This document shows, piece by piece, positions 46,950-58,800 of a stretch of DNA of 64,000 nucleotides. The DNA lies in the NCBI GenBank assembly GCA_965214615.1, contig OZ243952.1, positions 2,238,822-2,302,821 on the forward strand, written 5' to 3'. Numbering within the stretch: the stretch's first letter is position 1; each line of letters starts with the position of its first letter. This stretch comes from Arenicellales bacterium (lineage in GTDB: Bacteria > Pseudomonadota > Gammaproteobacteria > Arenicellales > JAJDZL01). The position numbers and the translations under genes are program-made. Below the pieces are notes generated by a model. The model worked only from the letters and a program-made list of their open reading frames with translations, searched no databases and was not told the origin of the DNA.

Positions 46950-48011
46950 CTACGCGTCCTCGGGAATCGCCTTGGGCCAGGCGATAAGCACCGCTTGGAC
47001 AAGCGTTGCAAGCGGGATCGCGAAAAATATGCCCCAAATGCCCCAAATGCCGCCAAAGAACAAAATAGCCACAATGATTGCGACCGGGTGCAAATTGACA
47101 ACTTCTGAAAAAATCAGCGGCACCAGCACGTTGGCATCAAGGATCTGAATAATGAAATAGGCGCCTACCAGATACGCGAATTCCGGCGTGTAGCCCCACT
47201 GGAAAAATGCAACCAGGACCACCGGTATGGTGACGATTGCCGCGCCGACAAACGGGATCAGCACCGACAGACCGACAATGACGCTGAGCAGCAGCGAATA
47301 TTGCAGCCCGAACAAGGTGAACGTCACCAGCGTAACGCTGCCGACAATCAGGATTTCCCAGAACTTGCCGCGAATATAGTTGGACATCTGGCGATCCACA
47401 TTCTCCCACACCGCCTGAGTCAGGCCGTGATCCTTTGCAGGCATGAAACTCCTGAGCCACTCGGTCAGCATGTGCTTGTCCTTGAGAAAGAAAAACACAA
47501 GAATCGGCACAAGAATCAGATACACGACAAGCGTGATGATTCCAACCACCGAAGAGGCCGACCAGGACAGCACGTTCTGTCCGAGTTCCGCCACCAGCAC
47601 GCCGATCACTTCAATCAACTGCCGAACCTGCTCTTCGGACACTACGTCGGGATAGCTTTGCGGCAACTGCAGCAAAGCGGATTGCCATTCGGAAATCCAG
47701 TTGGGCACTTGCGATGCGAACTGCACCGCCTGAGCACTGACCAGCGGCATCACGCCGAAAACCAGTCCTAGAAACAGAATCAGGAACAGTATCATGGTGA
47801 CAAGCGCCGCAGCAAGGCGCGGAATCTTCAACATTACGAAATACCGCACGCCGCCTTCGAGGACGTAGGCAATCACCAGCGCCGCAATGACCGGCTTGAT
47901 CAGCGCGCCTGCAAAGACAACCAGCGAAAAGCCGACTATCAGCACAATCCCCAGAATGATAATCTGAGGATTATTCAGCTGACGCCGAAACCAGTTCAGA
48001 ACCGTCTGCAT
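46950..48011 (-). CDS. AI-2E family transporter (PerM-like)
   Basis: Multiple TM segments; YIRGK..EI, LIPFVG, D.NVLVP.IFSE.VNLHP. Confidence 0.92.
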   Translation of the reverse strand: MQTVLNWFRRQLNNPQIIILGIVLIVGFSLVVFAGALIKPVIAALVIAYVLEGGVRYFVMLKIPRLAAALVTMILFLILFLGLVFGVMPLVSAQAVQFASQVPNWISEWQSALLQLPQSYPDVVSEEQVRQLIEVIGVLVAELGQNVLSWSASSVVGIITLVVYLILVPILVFFFLKDKHMLTEWLRSFMPAKDHGLTQAVWENVDRQMSNYIRGKFWEILIVGSVTLVTFTLFGLQYSLLLSVIVGLSVLIPFVGAAIVTIPVVLVAFFQWGYTPEFAYLVGAYFIIQILDANVLVPLIFSEVVNLHPVAIIVAILFFGGIWGIWGIFFAIPLATLVQAVLIAWPKAIPEDA

Positions 48012-48051
48012 GACTGTTGCCTTGGCACGGCGATTCTACAGGGGAGCCGAC

Positions 48052-48468
48052 TTATGCATCCACCACCTCGCATTCGTAGGTCACTTCGGCGGTGGAAGCC
48101 AGCATTGCGGTTGCAGAACAGTACTTTTCGATCGAAAGTTCGATCGCACGCCTGGCCTGCTTGCCTGTAATGCCGATTCCGGTGATTCGGTATTTCAGAT
48201 GAATGCCGGTAAACACCTTCGGCACCTGCTCGGAGCGTTGCGCGTCCATCTCGATAGTCAAGGCCGACGGCTCCTTTCTCTGCTTGCGCAGGATTTGCAT
48301 CACATCGTAGGCGGTGCACCCGCCCATGCCGAGCAGCACCGCTTCCATCGGCCGCATGCCGGAGTTCTGTCCGCCCGATTCCGGAGCGCCGTCGAGCGTC
48401 AGCCGATGCCCGGTTCCTGAGCGGGCCTCGAAGCGCACTGCGCTTGAATATTCGACGATGCCTTTCAT
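48052..48468 (-). CDS. OsmC family protein (YhfA-like)
   Basis: RPME.VL.G.GGCT..DV, KYCSA. Confidence 0.92.
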   Translation of the reverse strand: MKGIVEYSSAVRFEARSGTGHRLTLDGAPESGGQNSGMRPMEAVLLGMGGCTAYDVMQILRKQRKEPSALTIEMDAQRSEQVPKVFTGIHLKYRITGIGITGKQARRAIELSIEKYCSATAMLASTAEVTYECEVVDA

Positions 48469-49313
48469 TGCAATAGCGCTTCGCCGCGCATGCGACTGCC
48501 GGAAATATCCGGCGATGCGGCAAACAAACCCTGCAGCATTGCGCCCGGATCGGCGCTGCGCATGAACGCCTCTCCGACAAGAAAGCAGCTGATTCCCGCT
48601 GCCGCCAGCCGTTCCACGTCCTCGCGGGCGCGTATGCCGCTTTCAGACACGACAACGCGGCCCTGAGGAATGTCGCGCACCAGCTGCAGCGAAGTTTCTA
48701 TGCTCGTCTCGAAAGTGTGCAAATTTCGATTGTTGATGCCAATCATGCCAGACGGCAATTCAAGCGCCAGTTCCAGTTCCGGGCGCGAATGAGTCTCGAT
48801 CAGCACGTCGAGTCCGAGTTCGTCCGCAAGGGCGGCAAGGTCATGCAGCTGCGAGCGCTGCAGCATCGACACGATCAGCAGCAGGCAGTCGGCGCCATTC
48901 GCCCGGGTTTCATAGACTTGGATCGGATCGACAATGAAGTCCTTTCTCAGTATCGGAAGCGCGCACGCCTGCCTTGCGGCGTGAAGGTCAGACATGCTGC
49001 CGTGAAAGTGCCTGGCATCGGTCAGCACCGATATGCAGGTCGCGCCGCCGGCTTCGTAGCTTTGCGCGATGCTGGAGACCTGATAGTCTTCGCGCATCAC
49101 TCCCTTGCTCGGGGAAGCCTTTTTCGATTCTGCGATGACCGCAGGCCCGCCCTTGGCGATCCTGGAACGGATGCGCGCTTCGAATCCGCGCGCCGGGGGC
49201 GATTGGGCGATTCGCCTTTCAAATTCGCCCTGCTTTGACGACGCCCTGATATCAGCAACTTCTCGCTGCTTATCGCGCGCAATCGCTGCAAGAATGTCGC
49301 TGGAACCGCTCAT
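48465..49313 (-). CDS. trpC: Indole-3-glycerol phosphate synthase
   Basis: IAESKKASPSKG, SVLTD, LRKDF, GINNRNL, SESGI, LVGE. Confidence 0.97.
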   Translation of the reverse strand: MSGSSDILAAIARDKQREVADIRASSKQGEFERRIAQSPPARGFEARIRSRIAKGGPAVIAESKKASPSKGVMREDYQVSSIAQSYEAGGATCISVLTDARHFHGSMSDLHAARQACALPILRKDFIVDPIQVYETRANGADCLLLIVSMLQRSQLHDLAALADELGLDVLIETHSRPELELALELPSGMIGINNRNLHTFETSIETSLQLVRDIPQGRVVVSESGIRAREDVERLAAAGISCFLVGEAFMRSADPGAMLQGLFAASPDISGSRMRGEALLQ

Positions 49314-49314
49314 A

Positions 49315-50331
49315 TCATACCGATCGGGTATGCCTGATATATTGTTCGAACTTGTCCATCGCCGCACCGCTTCGGAGCGCTGCGCGCGCCAGTTCCACTC
49401 CCTGTGAAATGTCGTCGGCGATGCCGGAAACGTAAATCGCCGCACCGCCGTTCACCGCCGTGATATCTGCCGCAGCCGACGGTTCGCCGCGAAAAACCGA
49501 GCGGATGACTTCCAGGCTCTGCCCGGGGTCGTCCACCACCAAATTCTCAGGATGCGCCGCGCCGATTCCGTAGTCTTCGGGGCGGATCGAATAGGTTCGA
49601 ATCCGATTGTCTTTCAATTCGGCAGCCCAGGTCGGCGCACCAATGCTGATTTCATCCATTCCGTCCTCGGAATGCACCACAAGGACATGTTCGCAGCCCA
49701 GCTGCTTCATGACCTGTGCAAGCGGTTCGACCAGATCGCGGCTGAACACGCCCATCAGTTCGCGCTTGACCAGCGCAGGATTCGTCAGCGGGCCGAGAGC
49801 GTTGAAAATTGTCCTGACCCCGAGTTCCCGTCGTGCGCCGATGGCATGCTTCATGGCTGTATGATGGGCAGGAGCGAGCATGAACCCGAATCCGGTTTCG
49901 CCAACGCACTGTGCAATCTGCTCCGGCGTCAGGTCGATGCGCGCGCCGGCGTGTTCAAGCAGGTCCGCGCTACCGCACTTGCTCGAAGCTGCTCGATTTC
50001 CATGCTTGGCAACCGAGGCGCCCGCCGCTGCCGCGACAAAGGCCGATGCGGTTGAAACGTTGAACGACGAGGACCCGTCTCCGCCGGTTCCAACCACGTC
50101 CAGCAGGTTCGGCACAGAAATCTCGACCTTGTCGACCAACTCCCTCATTACTGTCGCCGCTGCCGCGATCTCCTCGATCGATTCGCCCTTGGTGCGAAGC
50201 CCGATCAAAAAACCGCCGATCTGGGCCGCAGTCAGCTGTCCGGTCATAATCTGGCGCATGATCGCCAGCATCTGGTCGGCGCTGAGGCTTTGCCCTGCGC
50301 AGATGGTCTTCAATGCATCCTGAATTTTCAT
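49315..50331 (-). CDS. trpD: Anthranilate phosphoribosyltransferase
   Basis: GTGGDG, FNVST, KHGNR..SS..GSAD, RTIFN.LGPL.NP. Confidence 0.97.
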   Translation of the reverse strand: MKIQDALKTICAGQSLSADQMLAIMRQIMTGQLTAAQIGGFLIGLRTKGESIEEIAAAATVMRELVDKVEISVPNLLDVVGTGGDGSSSFNVSTASAFVAAAAGASVAKHGNRAASSKCGSADLLEHAGARIDLTPEQIAQCVGETGFGFMLAPAHHTAMKHAIGARRELGVRTIFNALGPLTNPALVKRELMGVFSRDLVEPLAQVMKQLGCEHVLVVHSEDGMDEISIGAPTWAAELKDNRIRTYSIRPEDYGIGAAHPENLVVDDPGQSLEVIRSVFRGEPSAAADITAVNGGAAIYVSGIADDISQGVELARAALRSGAAMDKFEQYIRHTRSV

Positions 50332-50353
50332 GGTCGATGGCGTACGTTGGAAA

Positions 50354-50932
50354 TTAGCCGGTAATCCCGTTCTGATTCAAAAAATTACGCAGCAGATCGT
50401 GTCCAACGGGAGTGAGAAACGACTCTGGATGGAATTGTAACCCACTGACCGGGTACTCCCGGTGCCTTATGCCCATGACAGTGCCGTCGTCGGTCCATGC
50501 GGTCACTTCGAGGCAATCGGGAAGACTGTCGCGCCTGGCGATCAAGGAGTGATACCGGGTTGCCTGAAACGGATTTTCCAGACCGTCCAGGATGCCGGCG
50601 CCGCAGTGGCGAATGGTCGACACCTTGCCGTGCATCACGGTGTCGGCGCGCACAATGTCGGCGCCGAAGGCGTGGCAAATGCTCTGATGTCCGAGACAGA
50701 TGCCCAATATCGGACACGCCGATGCGAAGTGACCGACCGCGTCGACTGAAATGCCGGCCTCGGTCGGCGTGCAGGGGCCGGGAGAAATGACAATCCCTTG
50801 CGGGCCGAGACGTTCAATGCCCTCAAGGTCGATCTGATCGTTGCGCACGACTTTGGATTCGCAGCCAAGCTCGCCCAGATACTGGACCAGATTGTAGGTA
50901 AACGAATCGTAATTATCGATCATCAGCAGCAT
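50354..50932 (-). CDS. trpG: Anthranilate synthase component II (glutamine amidotransferase)
   Basis: [32 protein letters not shown]. Confidence 0.96.
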   Translation of the reverse strand: MLLMIDNYDSFTYNLVQYLGELGCESKVVRNDQIDLEGIERLGPQGIVISPGPCTPTEAGISVDAVGHFASACPILGICLGHQSICHAFGADIVRADTVMHGKVSTIRHCGAGILDGLENPFQATRYHSLIARRDSLPDCLEVTAWTDDGTVMGIRHREYPVSGLQFHPESFLTPVGHDLLRNFLNQNGITG

Positions 50933-51091
50933 CGGGCAATTCCTGTCATTCGGCGAAGGCGGCGCAACACGACGTCATGCATTGCACTGGCCGGTTTGCA
51001 CGCAGCTTCGTGTTCCGCCTTGGGCATATTTGCATTGTTTCCGGTCAATTATAGTCACCGCGCGCGCTGCATGCGCCAGCCGAATCGATGC

Positions 51092-51898
51092 CTACAATTT
51101 TCGGCCATCCGATTCCATGTAGCGCTGAATTCGATCCAGCGTCGTTTTGATATTGGAAATCTCATACAGAATTTCGCCGCTGACATTTTCCTTGGTGCTC
51201 AGTTCCTGCTCGTGCTGAGCCTTGTGCAGGTTGTTGATCACCACGGCGATAAACATATTGATCACGATGAACGCGGCAATCACGACAAAGCTGATGAAAT
51301 ACAGCCAGGCCGCTGGATGCAACTCCATGGCTGTGTACATCACGTCGGTCCAGTCTTCCAGAGTGAGTATCCGGAACAAGGTGATCAGCGATATGCCGAG
51401 CGAGTTCCAGTGGAACGGATCGTGGGCATGAAACAGGTGATATCCGGCAATCGCATAAATATAGAACACGATCGCAAGCAGCATGATGACGTTGCCCAGT
51501 CCGGGCAGCGAGCGAATCAGCGTCACAACGATCAGGCGCAGCTCCGGCATCGCGGTAATCAGCCGGAATACGCGCAGCAGCCGGATTGTGCGGGCGATGA
51601 GCGCGAATTCCCCGGTCTGGGGAATCAGTGACAGAACGACGATCGAAAAGTCGAAAAGATTCCAGCCGTCGCCGAAATAGCGGCCGAATCTCGGCGCCAC
51701 CGCGATAATCTTCAACACCGCCTCGACGACGAATACGATCAGGACAAACTTATTGAAGCTCAGCAGCACATGCCCGTATCTTTCCATCAGGTAGGGGTAG
51801 GTTTCTAGCCCCAGCGCGATCGCATTGAGCACGATCACAGCAATGATCGTGCGCTCGAACCACGGATGGGTCGTAAGTCTCAGGCACAGTTGCCGCAT
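51092..51898 (-). CDS. Bacterial voltage-gated Na+/Ca2+ channel family (6TM ion transport protein)
   Basis: GWNLFDF (S3), S4 RTIRLLRVFRL, pore TLFRILTLEDWTDVM, S6 INMFIAVVINN, coiled-coil-like tail. Confidence 0.93.
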   Translation of the reverse strand: MRQLCLRLTTHPWFERTIIAVIVLNAIALGLETYPYLMERYGHVLLSFNKFVLIVFVVEAVLKIIAVAPRFGRYFGDGWNLFDFSIVVLSLIPQTGEFALIARTIRLLRVFRLITAMPELRLIVVTLIRSLPGLGNVIMLLAIVFYIYAIAGYHLFHAHDPFHWNSLGISLITLFRILTLEDWTDVMYTAMELHPAAWLYFISFVVIAAFIVINMFIAVVINNLHKAQHEQELSTKENVSGEILYEISNIKTTLDRIQRYMESDGRKL

Positions 51899-51931
51899 GT
51901 CCGATTCCGCCAGGTATTCAGGCCGTCCGGC

Positions 51932-53398
51932 CTATCCGGACATCGCCACCGCGCTGAGCAAAGCGCGCGCCTTGTCCAGTGTTTCCTGCCATTCGCGGCT
52001 AGGCACCGAATCGGCGACGATTCCGGCACCCGCCTGCACATAGACGCGTCCGCCAGACAGCACCGCGGTACGGATCGCGATCGCGGTATCGAGATTGCCG
52101 TTCCAGCCGATGTAGCCGACAGCCCCGGAATAAATGCCGCGCTTGGACGGTTCCAGTTCGTCGATGATCTGCATTGCTCTGACTTTCGGCGCGCCGCTTA
52201 CCGTGCCCGCAGGCAGCGCGGCGCGCAGCACATCGATCGCGTCCAACCCCTCAGCCAGCTCGCCGGTGACATTGGAGACAATGTGCATGACATGCGAGTA
52301 GTGCTCGATCTTCATGATTTCGTTCACGCGAACGGTACCCGTCGTTGACACTCGGCCGACGTCGTTGCGCCCCAGATCCACCAGCATCACATGCTCGGCG
52401 CGCTCCTTTTCGTCGGCAAGCAGTTCCTGTGCGATCTTCTCGTCGTGCTCTTCGTCCTTACCGCGGGGCCGGGTACCGGCAAGCGGGCGCACCGTGACCA
52501 GCCCGTCTTCGCAGCGCACCAGAATTTCCGGCGACGACCCGACGACGCAGTAGCCGTCCATGTTCAAATAATACATATACGGCGACGGATTCAAGGTGCG
52601 AAGCGCACGGTACAAATCGATGGAATCTCCGGAAAATTCAGCGGAAAGGCGCTGCGATAGCACGACCTGGAACACATCGCCGGCAAGGATGTATTCGCGG
52701 GCGCGCTCGACGGCCGCCATGAACTGCTCCTTTCCGAATGCCGATTCGAACTGCGACTCATTCGGCTCGCGACCCAGCAGCAGGGCCGGCCTTGACCGAT
52801 TCGGCCGGGTCAGCTTTTCCACGAATTCGCCGAGACGGCGATTGCCGACCTGCCAGGCGTCGGGGGCATTGGCGTCAACGCACACGACAATAAACAGCCT
52901 GCCGGAAAGATTGTCGAAAATGACCACCTCGTCGGACACCAGAAGGCAGATATCGGGCGCATCGATTGTCGCCTGATGCGGGCATTCGCCGAGCACCGGT
53001 TCAACGTAGCGCACAGCATCGTAGCCGAAATAGCCCACGAGTCCGCCGGTAAACCTGGGCAGTCCGGGCATGTCCGGGATCCGGTATCGCTGGCGGAACG
53101 CCTGAATGTCGGCAAGCGGGTCTTCGCTGGTCCATTGCTCGACCACGGTCGCGTCGCGAATGACCTTGAATTCGTAGCCGCGCACTTCGATGCGCGTTGA
53201 GCTCGGCAGTCCGATGATCGAATACCTGCCCCACTTCTCTCCACCCTGAACCGACTCGAACAGGTAGGTGTAGGGTTCCCGGGCAAGCTGATAGTAAGTG
53301 CTCAGCGGGGTATCGAAGTCCGCCAGAACCTGCCTGACGAATGGAATGTGGCTGTAGCCTTGTTCCCTTAATTCATTGAATTGTGATTCGCTTAGCAT
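51932..53398 (-). CDS. trpE: Anthranilate synthase component I
   Basis: DTPLS, YLFESVQGGEKWGRYS, NPSPYMY, GSSPEILV, EHVMLVDLGRND, QAGAGIVADS. Confidence 0.97.
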   Translation of the reverse strand: MLSESQFNELREQGYSHIPFVRQVLADFDTPLSTYYQLAREPYTYLFESVQGGEKWGRYSIIGLPSSTRIEVRGYEFKVIRDATVVEQWTSEDPLADIQAFRQRYRIPDMPGLPRFTGGLVGYFGYDAVRYVEPVLGECPHQATIDAPDICLLVSDEVVIFDNLSGRLFIVVCVDANAPDAWQVGNRRLGEFVEKLTRPNRSRPALLLGREPNESQFESAFGKEQFMAAVERAREYILAGDVFQVVLSQRLSAEFSGDSIDLYRALRTLNPSPYMYYLNMDGYCVVGSSPEILVRCEDGLVTVRPLAGTRPRGKDEEHDEKIAQELLADEKERAEHVMLVDLGRNDVGRVSTTGTVRVNEIMKIEHYSHVMHIVSNVTGELAEGLDAIDVLRAALPAGTVSGAPKVRAMQIIDELEPSKRGIYSGAVGYIGWNGNLDTAIAIRTAVLSGGRVYVQAGAGIVADSVPSREWQETLDKARALLSAVAMSG

Positions 53399-53480
53399 TG
53401 CAGCACCACGGGCAGCCAATAGGATTTACGGCTGTACATATCGGTTCGGTTCGGCAATATGCAAGTGCGCGGCGACCGGT

Positions 53481-54176
53481 TCAGCAGCCGCAGGAGTCCG
53501 GCGGGGAGCCTTGGACAAGCCGGCGCATTTGCCGTATGGTCGACGCGTAGTCGCTGGAATTGAAAATAGCTGATCCGGCGACAAAGGCATCGGCCCCTGC
53601 AGCCCTGATTTCGGCGATATTGCCTAAGGTGACGCCGCCGTCAACCTCGATTCGCACAGGATTCGGAGCGGATGCGACCAATTTCGCCGCATCCTTGATC
53701 TTGTCTAGCACGTAGGGGATGAATTTCTGCCCTCCGAACCCGGGATTCACCGACATCAGCAATAGCAGGTCGATGCAGTGAACGAGGTCTTCGATTTGCG
53801 AAAGCGGCGTCGCCGGGTTGAGTGCGAGGCCTGCGGTGCAGCCGGATTCGCGAATCTGGCCGATCGCGCGGTCCAGATGCACTTCGGCTTCCGGATGAAT
53901 CGTGATATGAGTCGCTCCGGCCCGGGCAAACTCATCGATCAGCCGACCGGTCGGACGGACCATCAGATGAACGTCGATCGGCGCTTCGACTCCGTAATCT
54001 CTGAGCGCCTTGCACACCATCGGGCCGAAAGTCAGATTTGGCACGAAGTGATTGTCCATGACGTCGAAATGAATCCAGTCGGCGCCGGCGTCGAGCACGG
54101 CGCGCACGTCGTCGCCGAGCCGGGCAAAATCGGCTGAAAGTATGGAAGGCGCGATTATCGGTGTCGCTGGCATCAC
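53481..54176 (-). CDS. rpe: Ribulose-phosphate 3-epimerase
   Basis: [36 protein letters not shown]. Confidence 0.98.
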   Translation of the reverse strand: MMPATPIIAPSILSADFARLGDDVRAVLDAGADWIHFDVMDNHFVPNLTFGPMVCKALRDYGVEAPIDVHLMVRPTGRLIDEFARAGATHITIHPEAEVHLDRAIGQIRESGCTAGLALNPATPLSQIEDLVHCIDLLLLMSVNPGFGGQKFIPYVLDKIKDAAKLVASAPNPVRIEVDGGVTLGNIAEIRAAGADAFVAGSAIFNSSDYASTIRQMRRLVQGSPPDSCGC

Positions 54177-54192
54177 AGTTTCGGTCCCCTTG

Positions 54193-55605
54193 TCATCGGC
54201 TTGAGGTCATGGCTATGACATGGCCGTCGCGCAGCACGGACAGCGCCAAACGGCGCGATTGGTCCTGCAAGACCGCTTCGAGTTCGCTGACGCTCTCGAC
54301 ACGCTTGCGGTTGACTTCAACAATGACGTCCTTTTCGCGCAAGCCAAGATTCCAGGCGGGACTGTACGGATCTATGACTTCAACGCGGATACCGGACACC
54401 TCGCCGGCGTGATTCCTGAACTCGGCCCCGGCAAATCGCCGATGGAACTCGCCGCCGGAAACATTGTGAAAGCCGCGAGGCAGAATCGTGCCCTGTCCGT
54501 CATGGGAATCGCCGTCGCGAAGGTAGCGCACGCGCGCCGCATCGCCCGCCCTGATCAAAGCGATCACACTGCGCAAATGGGCGCCGTCGGCAATTTCAAT
54601 TCCATTGACATGGGTCAGCACGTCGCCTTGAACCAGTCCCACCTCTGACGCCGCAGAGCCTTCGACAACCGAACTGATGACCACGCCTTTGGCAGACACA
54701 ACCCCAAGGGCATTGGCCAGCGCCGGGGTGAGTTCCTGAAACCGCACGCCGAGCAATCCGCGTTCAACTTTACCGTGCTCGGCAATCTGGCGCACCACGC
54801 TGTATGCGGCATTGATCGGTATCGCAAATCCGATTCCCACATTTCCGCCGCCCGGGGCGTAAATCGCGGTATTGATTCCGACCAGTTCGCCTGCCAGATT
54901 GACCAGCGGGCCACCCGAATTGCCCGGATTGATCGCGGCATCGGTCTGAATGAAGTTTTCGTACTTGTCCATGCCGAGTCCATGGCGCCCGAGTGCGCTG
55001 ACAATGCCTGAAGTGACGGTGGCGCGCAATCCGAACGGACTGCCAAGCGCGAGAACGAAATCGCCGACTCTCAGTTCATCCGAATCGCCCACGGGAACCT
55101 CTGTCAGGCGATCGGCGTCGACTTGCAGCAGCGCCAGATCCATTTCGGTGTCCTTGCCAAGCACCTCGGGGCGAATGGTGCGGCCGTCAGACAGTGTCAC
55201 AATAATATTCTTATTCACAAGAACATGAGCATTGGTAATGATATAGCCTCGCTCTGCGTCGATGATGACGCCGGAGCCGAGTGCTCTGCCATGTGGCTGC
55301 TCGCGGGGCGGCCGGCGGCGCAATTCCGGGATATTGAAGTAGCGGAACAGATTTTCAAAATCCTCCCAGTCCTGCGTGTCTTGGAAGATATCGTTGGATC
55401 TGCGCCCGGATATGTTGACAACGCCGTGTTCGACGCGCTCGACGACATCGGCCAGCGTAGGCAGTCGCTCGCCGTCGACTGCGGCAGGCAAGGCGGCGAC
55501 GGCCTGGGCGCAAGCCAGCGCCAGCGCAAAGCAAAGCGACGCCGCAATAGGCAGCTCGCGGCCCCGTCGCAAGGGGCGATTGCGCAGGCAATCAGCAGTG
55601 TTCAT
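54193..55605 (-). CDS. DegQ/DegP (HtrA) periplasmic serine endoprotease with two PDZ domains
   Basis: Signal peptide, [28 protein letters not shown]. Confidence 0.95.
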   Translation of the reverse strand: MNTADCLRNRPLRRGRELPIAASLCFALALACAQAVAALPAAVDGERLPTLADVVERVEHGVVNISGRRSNDIFQDTQDWEDFENLFRYFNIPELRRRPPREQPHGRALGSGVIIDAERGYIITNAHVLVNKNIIVTLSDGRTIRPEVLGKDTEMDLALLQVDADRLTEVPVGDSDELRVGDFVLALGSPFGLRATVTSGIVSALGRHGLGMDKYENFIQTDAAINPGNSGGPLVNLAGELVGINTAIYAPGGGNVGIGFAIPINAAYSVVRQIAEHGKVERGLLGVRFQELTPALANALGVVSAKGVVISSVVEGSAASEVGLVQGDVLTHVNGIEIADGAHLRSVIALIRAGDAARVRYLRDGDSHDGQGTILPRGFHNVSGGEFHRRFAGAEFRNHAGEVSGIRVEVIDPYSPAWNLGLREKDVIVEVNRKRVESVSELEAVLQDQSRRLALSVLRDGHVIAMTSSR

Positions 55606-55899
55606 GTGCGTCCGGCGAGCCCGGCCCGAAGGGACCTATAGCAAATAAGACAAGAATTCCGAATCCAGAGTGACGAAATGCGTCGCATCACGTAGTGACG
55701 GTTTATACATAACGCACCGGATTTAATCAAATTGGAGTTTCGCGCCAGAAAGCGAATCGACGCGCAAGGCAGGCCTGCGGCGGCGAAAAGGCTGGCAGGC
55801 GGTCGCAAATTCGGAGCGGTCAAAACCCGCGGCGGCAGTCCTGAACGCCCTTGTGCCACCTTTTTCCAGACTTGATTCCCTCGGCAAATCAAGGCTGAA

Positions 55900-58800
55900 C
55901 TAGGCCGGTTCAAACGCCCACTCGCGCCAGCCCCGGTGCGACGGGAAATACAGCCCAAGGCGAATCGGGCGGCGGTCAATCTGCGAAACCAGTTCCCCGT
56001 ATTGCTGCAGCTGATCGCTGTAGCGCTTGCGCTCCTCGTCCAGAAACTTCTCGACATCTCCATCGGTATAGCCGGTCTTGTAGTCTACGATCCAGCGCGT
56101 ATCGGCATCATCGACGAACGAACGGTCGAGTATGAAGTTCCTAAAGTCGCCATCGCTTGCGGCGGTAAGACGCCATTCCGAATGCGCTTGGCGATGATTG
56201 CCGCTGAGCAGCCAGCGAGCCCGTTCGTCATCAAGCACATTTTTCAGCAGATCTGCGACCCGGCCGGCGGCCTGATCAACTCTGTCGCTTTCGACTCCCA
56301 GCATCCTCAGCCTCATTTTCCACTGCGGCTGTTCCCGGCGCAGCATTTCCCCGCTCCATTGCTCAATGCCTCGGACAGAAATTTTCTGCAACCATTCATG
56401 CACCACGATTCCGACCCAGCGTGCGACATCTCCCGCCCAGTCAAAGTCAATCTCATCGCGGCTGTGCGGCGATTCCATGCCTTTGCTCGCGAACTCGAGC
56501 GACGGGTGCGGCGCAGGCGGCTTCCAATCCGCAGGAAGCCGGACCAGGGCAGGTTCTTGGATGACCACATTCTCGACTAGGTCAGATTCCTGAGGCTCTT
56601 TGCCTGCCATTTGAACGCTTACGGGAATGAAAGGAGCCATTTCATACAAGATTTTGGCTTCGATGAACGGCTTCCAGAATTTTTCAAGAACAGATCCCTT
56701 TGGCGGCATTCGCCCCTGCACGTTATCCCGCAGCTTCTGAGTTACCGTCCCATAAAGGTAGAGTTCGTCCTTAGCGCGCGTGCAGGCCACATAAGCCAGC
56801 CGCACCAACTCCTGCTCGTCCTTGCTCCTGCGCAGGCTCTTGACATATTCGTAGATTGCGTTCTTCTGCTCGGAGTGCAAATCCGCAACCGGCGACAGCA
56901 GCAGCGAAGCGGATTCGCCGTAGGGTTCTTCCCAGACAATCAGCGGCCTGTCACTGTGCCGACCGACGCGTTCGAGTCCGGGAATGAAGACTGCATCAAA
57001 TTCCAGACCCTTGGCGCCATGAATCGTCATCACGTGTACGCGGGCTTTTTCCGGATCTGCATCGGGAACCGCATAAAGGTCGGCGAGAAACGTTTCGAAC
57101 CGGTCAAGGAACCGCACGCCTGTGCCATCGGAATGCGACTCGATCAAGTCCAGAACAATCCCCGCATTGACGACATCCGCCCCGGTCACGCACGCCGGGC
57201 CGCCAAGCAGGGTCCAGGTATCTTCGACCAATTGCCTGAAGTCCAGCCGCCCGCGGGCTTCGAATGCCTGCCTGACAATTGTTCGCACGCGGGCGACCCT
57301 CATCTGCCCGGGCTCAGACAGTTCGGCGAAGCGCTGTCCGTCATTCATTGACTCCCAGATGCAATCGCCCTCGGCGATAGTCAGCATGTCGGCCAACTCG
57401 ATCCCGCACCACGGTGCGCGCAAAATCGCCAGCCATGACGCGCGATCCCCAAGATCGCTTAGCGCCCGTGTCAGCGACAGCACATCCTGAACCGCCTGCC
57501 TGTCCTTCAGGCTTTCCAGATCGCTGCCGTAATACTCAATACCCGCCTGCTCGAGCAGAGGACGGATTTGTGCAAAACCGCTTCTTTGACGCAGTAGAAT
57601 CAAAGCCTTGGCGCCTTGCGGGGCTCGCGCCAGAAAACTGCGAATGTCTCTGACCAGATACCCGGCGGAATTGACTCGCGCCTCCTTCCTGTAATCTGCG
57701 GGCGTTCCCGGATCATTTCTTCCGTCGCTGTGCCGTTGAACGTTCAGCCGCATATGAACCTTTTCGCCCTCTTCGCCAGGCCTGCGCGACTGGCTCCCGG
57801 AGTACTTTACAGACCCCGTATCGGCTTCGTTTGTCTGCGGAAACGCCGTTTTGAACACCTTGTTGAACCAGTCGACGAGGCTTTCGTTCGAACGGAAATT
57901 CTCATGCAGGATCAACGGTTCAAGAGGCACCGAACCCAGTCCTTTTTCGAGCGCATGAAGATAGACTCCGACTTCGGCTTCCCTGAAACGGTAGATGGAC
58001 TGCATCGGATCTCCGACCACGAACAATGTGCGCCCGTCTTGCGGCTGCCAGCCCCCCGTCAGGCGATGCAGCAGTTCTTCCTGTGAACGCGAAGTGTCCT
58101 GAAACTCATCAACCAGCATATGCTTGATGCGGTAGTCCAGCACGAGATTCAGATCGGTCGGCGCCTGCGGCGTGCCGAGCGCGAGCGCGGCCTGGCGTGC
58201 AACCTCGATGAAGTCAACAGCCCCCTGCCGTCGAAATTCCAAATGCAACTGGGCAACCAGATACGGAAGAAGATCAAGTATTGCTTTCAGACTCTCCCAA
58301 TCCGCATCGTCGTATTCGGGATTCGGCATCAATCGCATTCGGTGCAGCGGGGCGTGCAGTTCGCGCTGTTCGCGCAGTATCGCCAGAACACGTCCGAAAC
58401 GTTCCTTCTTATCCCTAAAATCAGACGGAAACCCGATTCGCTTGTCGACCGCGCCCCTCACATCGCCTTGTTGAGTCATCATGAATTCGGCAGCGCCGCG
58501 CCACGCAGCCACGGCGCCGGCGCAATTGGCGTCATCGCTGCGCGAAAGTCCGTGCTGCACGATCGCATCCAGCGACTCCTTCAGTTCGTTGTTGTTCGAC
58601 ACCACAAGATTGCTCAGCGCGAATTCGGCAAGCCGTTCGATTTCGACAAGCAATTCTTCAGAAAACCGGTCTATGAGCCAGTCAATCTGCCTTTTGATTG
58701 AGCGCAGCAGGCTCTGTTCGAGAACGTCGCGCGCCTCCAAGCCCATGTCCTGAATCCACTTGACGCACTTTAGCCACTGGTCGCGGTTGCCGAGCATCTG

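Noticed and set aside
49590-49610. GGTTCGAATCC resembling a tRNA T-loop
   Set aside because: Lies within trpD coding sequence on the opposite strand, with no cloverleaf around it.
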